The notes under the pieces were generated by a model. The model was not told the origin of the DNA. It made no database searches and was given only the letters and a program-made list of their open reading frames with translations. From an uncultured virus (IMG/VR IMGVR_UViG_2721755796_000006) (Duplodnaviria; Heunggongvirae; Uroviricota; Caudoviricetes), in IMG/VR virus record IMGVR_UViG_2721755796_000006: DNA of 64,000 bases. One strand, written 5' to 3'. This document shows, one piece after another, positions 59,694 through 64,000 of this stretch. Each line of letters begins with the position of its first letter. Position 1 is the first letter of the stretch. Made by a program: the position numbers and the translations under genes.

Positions 59694-60029
59694 TAAGAAA
59701 TTAAAAGAGCAAAAGAAAATAGATAGTACGGCAAAAAAGTAGTAGAAAAGGTTTTAAATACAGACAATATTCTTTTTAGATGTCGCGACATACCTCGGGC
59801 AGCTCTTAGAAAGAGTCGTTGATGTCTGTGACCAAACAAAGCTATATTGCTTCACTGGAGAAGTATTTGCAAATATTACGTGAAAATGGATGGACCTCAA
59901 ACTGATGAATACTTTTTAAGACAGCTAGATGAGATACAATGGTGATTTTGAGAATAGGGTTTGCAAAGAGAGGATTGCGATTTAGATAATGTGATTATGT
60001 ATTTAAATATTTATTGAGGAAAAGAAAAT

Positions 60030-61073
60030 ATGGCGAACAAGAAAAAAGAGATTACAATACACAGCTCAGCCGCAGAGTATCTAACATATGTGGCATCTAC
60101 AGGTAATAGCTCAGATAGTCTTGAGATGCGCTATGAAGACGAGAACATCTGGCTGACACAGAAAATGATGGCTGCCTTATATGATGTTTCGGTTTCGGCA
60201 ATCAATCAGCACCTTAAAAGAATATTTGAAGATAATGAGCTGGTAGAAGAATCAGTTATTAAGAAATACTTAATAACTGCCTCGGATGGTAAATCCTACA
60301 GTACGAAACATTATAACTTACAGGCAATCATTGCCGTTGGCTTTAAAGTGAACAACGACCGTGCCGTAAGATTCCGTAAATGGGCTGGTCAGATTGTCAA
60401 GGATTATACAATTCAAGGCTGGACGATGGACAAAGAGCGCCTGAAAAAAGGGCATATGTTCACCGATGAATATTTTGAACGTCAGTTGGAAAATATTCGT
60501 GAGATACGCCTATCTGAGCGCAAGTTTTATCAAAAGGTTACAGATCTCTATGCCACAGCGTTTGATTACGACAAAGATGCCAAGACTACCCGGCAGTTTT
60601 TCAAAATGGTACAGAATAAGATGCATTGGGCCGTACACCGGCATACAGCAGCAGAATTGATTGTAGAGCGTGCAAATGCTGAAAAAGAGCATATGGGCCT
60701 GACAACATGGGAATCAGCGCCAGATGGGAAAATTGTCAAAGCAGATGTTACTATTGCTAAGTACTACCTGAGCGAAAAGGAAATGTCCTATTTGGAAAGA
60801 ATCGTTTCACTGTATCTTGACTATGCGGAGTTACAGGCGGAACGAAGAATACCGATGAGTATGGAGGACTGGGCAAAGCGCCTTGACGGATTCCTGGAGT
60901 TTAATGGAAACGAATTGCTGATGGGACCGGGAAAAGTCAGTGCGGAACAGGCGAAGCTTTATGCAGAAACTGAGTTTGAAAAATATCGTATTGTGCAGGA
61001 TCGATTATTTATGTCGGATTATGATAAGTATTTGTTGGAATTAGAACATCAAGCAAATCAAAATGGCGCGTAA
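60030..61073 (+). CDS. RhuM-family protein
   Basis: WLTQKMMAALY, YNLQAIIAVG, IREIRLSERKFYQK, VQNKMHWA. Confidence 0.92.
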   Translation: MANKKKEITIHSSAAEYLTYVASTGNSSDSLEMRYEDENIWLTQKMMAALYDVSVSAINQHLKRIFEDNELVEESVIKKYLITASDGKSYSTKHYNLQAIIAVGFKVNNDRAVRFRKWAGQIVKDYTIQGWTMDKERLKKGHMFTDEYFERQLENIREIRLSERKFYQKVTDLYATAFDYDKDAKTTRQFFKMVQNKMHWAVHRHTAAELIVERANAEKEHMGLTTWESAPDGKIVKADVTIAKYYLSEKEMSYLERIVSLYLDYAELQAERRIPMSMEDWAKRLDGFLEFNGNELLMGPGKVSAEQAKLYAETEFEKYRIVQDRLFMSDYDKYLLELEHQANQNGA

Positions 61074-61446
61074 AGACAATTATATAGTTTCCGCCCAGGA
61101 TCAATTCTGCCCTGGCAACATCATTATTATCCACTCAACAAATGTGGAGACCATTGTCGAATTATGTCAACATTTCTGAATTAAGAAGATTCAGGTAGTA
61201 GATAGAAAGAAACAGCACTAAGTTTTCACAAGTATTAAATTCTATGGTATTATTTAAAGGAATATGTGGACAGGGCATTCAAAAGAAACTTGATGTCTTC
61301 TCAGTGAGATTGAACGATCTATCCTGTCAAAGTGATTCTGAGTTGCTTAATTTAATAAAATAGGAATATTTTTCGAATATGTAAACAATTTCTTTGTTTT
61401 TTATGAAAACTAGAGTATTATTGTAGCAAATAAAGGAGTTTCCAGT

Positions 61447-62125
61447 ATGGATAAACATAGATTTTCACAATTATATTGGAAAAACTATATTTCTGTAGAG
61501 AAGGAATTTATGCAGACACTAAGTTATATAGATTTTGATAAAGAAAACTATAAGGTTTTTTCTTCTGCGTATATTAAACTCTTATTGCAGATAGGAAGTG
61601 AAATTGACATAGTAGCAAAATCATTTTGTAGACATTATAATAACCTTTTAAATGTGAAAATTATTGATGAATATAGAAAAGAAATTTTAAAATATGTTCC
61701 CGATTTTGCCAGTGCAGAAGTGAAAATATTACAAGGCGATGGAATACAACCAATAAAGCCATAGGGAGCATGGAATATAACGGCAGCCACATCTCAACCA
61801 TCCAATCCAATTTGGTGGAAGGTATATAATATGGTAAAACATCATAGAACAGAGTCCGGGAGTATAGAGGGAGAGTAAGGAGTATTATAAATTCGCCAAC
61901 TTGGAATATACATTATTTGCATTAGCAGGTTTATATCAAATATTAATTTATTATTTTTTTGAGTTAGCAAAAACAGAAAGAATAAAAGTACCGCTTCCAG
62001 GTTCACATTTGTTCGAACTATCTGGAGGAAAGTGGGATACTATAATTTTTTATCAGGATTTCGCTTTTTATGTGGATGATTCAGATGGCCATTTATATAG
62101 TGAAACGGGGGAGTTTATCTATTAG
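61447..62125 (+). pseudogene. Disrupted hypothetical gene with WW..YN..KH.R motif
   Basis: In-frame TAG at 61762 followed by NPIWWKVYNMVKHHR, second break near 61876. Confidence 0.6.
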
Positions 62126-62666
62126 ATAGCTGTTTACTCGGATGCTTAGTATCGTATTATGTAGAAATATTTGAATATTTGATACATGTAGCATTTGAAT
62201 TAAAGAATGAAATTAAAACTAACCGATTGTGTGGAATAACAGGGGAAAAACACATAGACGATGAGAAGAGATTATATTAAATACTATAAACTTATCATTT
62301 GAAAGAGGTTTTTAACAGTGGAGATTTATATAGAGAGGCAATTGTTCGAAGATTTCGAGTAGCTCAAAGGGAAGGAACCCTGTCAGTAAATCGGGAGATT
62401 GAGATACAAAATACTTTTGCATGTGAAAGAGGATAAAGCATAAATTATAATAAGCCATCTGTTTTCTGTAATGTTGTGGTTTGAAAACATGATGATGTTT
62501 CAGCAAAAGTGGTATTTTGTTTCTTAGGCACCCGAATCACAACCTCAACAAATGGTGAAGTTTATGTGGAATTATGTCGAAAAAAGACATACCTTCTGGT
62601 CCGATGGAAAAAGAAGAAAAATTCGTAGTATCATAAGAAGATTTCTGGTATAATACTACTAGGAAG

Positions 62667-62849
62667 GTGGAGGTGGAAATCTTGAAGAAAGATGCGGTAA
62701 AGTTAGCAAAACAGGTTGCTGGAACCATGGCGATTGAAGGAATGAAGTTGAAACAGTCAGAGTATAATCAGCTTTTGCGTTGTGCTAATGGTCAACAATC
62801 AACTTCGGCAACGATAAAGAAGGCTATTAGGCAATATACGGTCAAATAG
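62667..62849 (+). CDS. VbhA-like antitoxin
   Basis: GTMAIEGM motif directly upstream of fic. Confidence 0.75.
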   Translation: MEVEILKKDAVKLAKQVAGTMAIEGMKLKQSEYNQLLRCANGQQSTSATIKKAIRQYTVK

Positions 62850-62857
62850 GTGAAAAG

Positions 62858-63322
62858 ATGGAACAATATTATTATGAGTACGAACAGGATAGCATTTATT
62901 GTTATCCTGATTCTTTTATCCTGAAAAATAAATTGAACATTAGAGAACCGGAAACTTTGGAGGAAGCAGAACGCAATATTACGGCACTCAGAATTTTGGA
63001 GTTGAAACAAAATCCCCCCAAAGGCAAGCTGACTTTTAAATATTTTCAAAAGTTGCATAAACAAATCTTTGGAGACATTTATGAATGGGCTGGAAAAGTA
63101 CGGAATGTGAATATTGCAAAGGGAAATATGTTTTGTGACTGCAGATTTATTGAAGACATGATGGAGGAAGTATTTAGTGAACTGGAAAAGGAGAACTATC
63201 TGCAGTCGTGTGATACTGAAGAAATGGCTGACAGATTAGCATACTATTTATCAGAGATAAATGCGTTACATCCGTTTCGAGATGGAAATGTAACACAGAG
63301 ACACCAGCAGAAAGCGGCGTAA
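62858..63322 (+). pseudogene. Fic-domain toxin truncated inside its catalytic motif
   Basis: LKNKLNI, HKQIFGDIYEWAG, HPFRDGN then VTQRHQQKAA* instead of GR. Confidence 0.85.
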
Positions 63323-63620
63323 CAGCGGCAAACTGCTTTGTACATAAAATTTAATAGCATATATGCCAAAGGACATTTCATCTTTTATTTAGGTGGATGT
63401 CCTTTTTTGTACTTACTTTTAAGAGTATGGCATACCACCTTGTACATCATACGGATGCATGACTTCCAATATGCCAGAAACCTTGCAACCATAGGCTTTT
63501 TCGAGCGTTCCACTCGTTACAGAGTTTTTGTCCATATAACGTATTTCTTGCTAATTCTGTATCGTATCGTCCTATTAGCAAATCCAATTATACATGCAAG
63601 ATACAAATACAGTCTTTTGT

Positions 63621-63646
63621 GACTTATTGTATGTTGACTTATTGTA
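63621..63646 (+). promoter_or_regulatory. C-box-like tandem operator
   Basis: GACTTATTGTA twice at 15-bp period upstream of an XRE gene. Confidence 0.55.
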
Positions 63647-63681
63647 TTCACTCGGTTATACTAAAGAAGGGTGAATTTAGC

Positions 63682-63921
63682 GTGGATGTAATTAAGGTAT
63701 TTTCAAAAAATGTAAAAGCATATCGTATGCAATTAGGTCTTTCTCAAGAACATTTCGCAGAAAAAGCAGGATTGCATAGGACATATATTAGTGCGATAGA
63801 ATGTGGAAAACGAAGTATCTCTTTAGACAATATACAAAAAATTGCTGACGCGTTGCAGATAGACACGTATTTACTTTTTATTGATCAAGAAAATTTCAAT
63901 CAAAAGGGAGGTGAGGTTTAG
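63682..63921 (+). CDS. XRE HTH protein, R-M controller (C protein)-like
   Basis: GLSQEHFAEKAGLHRTYISAIECGKRSISLDNI. Confidence 0.85.
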   Translation: MDVIKVFSKNVKAYRMQLGLSQEHFAEKAGLHRTYISAIECGKRSISLDNIQKIADALQIDTYLLFIDQENFNQKGGEV

Positions 63922-64000
63922 TGCCTTCTACCGCAATAGATTTATTCTGTGGAATTGGTGGCTTAACAAAAGGATTATCTCTGTCGGGTATAACTGTGCA
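63921..64000 (+). CDS. DNA cytosine-C5 methyltransferase, N-terminus only
   Basis: GTG after GGAGGTGAGG; AIDLFCGIGGLTKG motif I. Confidence 0.8.
   Translation, partial: MPSTAIDLFCGIGGLTKGLSLSGITV

Noticed and set aside
1..64000. tRNA or rRNA genes
   Set aside because: None recognised by eye; tRNAscan-SE would be needed to exclude them.

Overview
Firmicute DNA (Lachnospiraceae/Enterocloster-like by gene content; inference) made entirely of nested mobile DNA. (1) 1-18.4 kb: two IS66 elements, AT-rich cargo including an AcrVA2/FinQ-like gene, then the right part of an integrative element (sigma70-region-4 protein, a candidate ~310-nt structured RNA, DinG helicase, DUF6870, three tandem large serine recombinases and a resolvase-like protein lacking the catalytic Ser). 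The element's end abuts the 3' half of a phage ssDNA-binding (DUF2815) gene, so it appears to sit inside a prophage. (2) 18.4-55.6 kb: the right part of a contractile-tailed temperate phage (PolA, VapE primase-helicase, VRR-NUC, SNF2, small-ORF array punctuated by a repeated 12-bp junction motif, terminase, portal, MuF with toxin-like extension plus candidate immunity gene, capsid, Xkd-like tail/baseplate, holin, endolysin, Spo0A C-terminal-domain gene, and a three-gene DUF3467 / unknown / ART-like moron). It ends at a probable att core resembling the 3' end of 6S RNA. (3) 55.6-64 kb: a decayed defence-like island (Fic remnants, DUF4365-helicase broken by IS630 and frameshifts, RhuM, VbhA-Fic) and the left end of another element inserted in the Fic motif, carrying a C-protein and C5 methyltransferase. 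Family calls come from motif recognition by eye; no searches were run.
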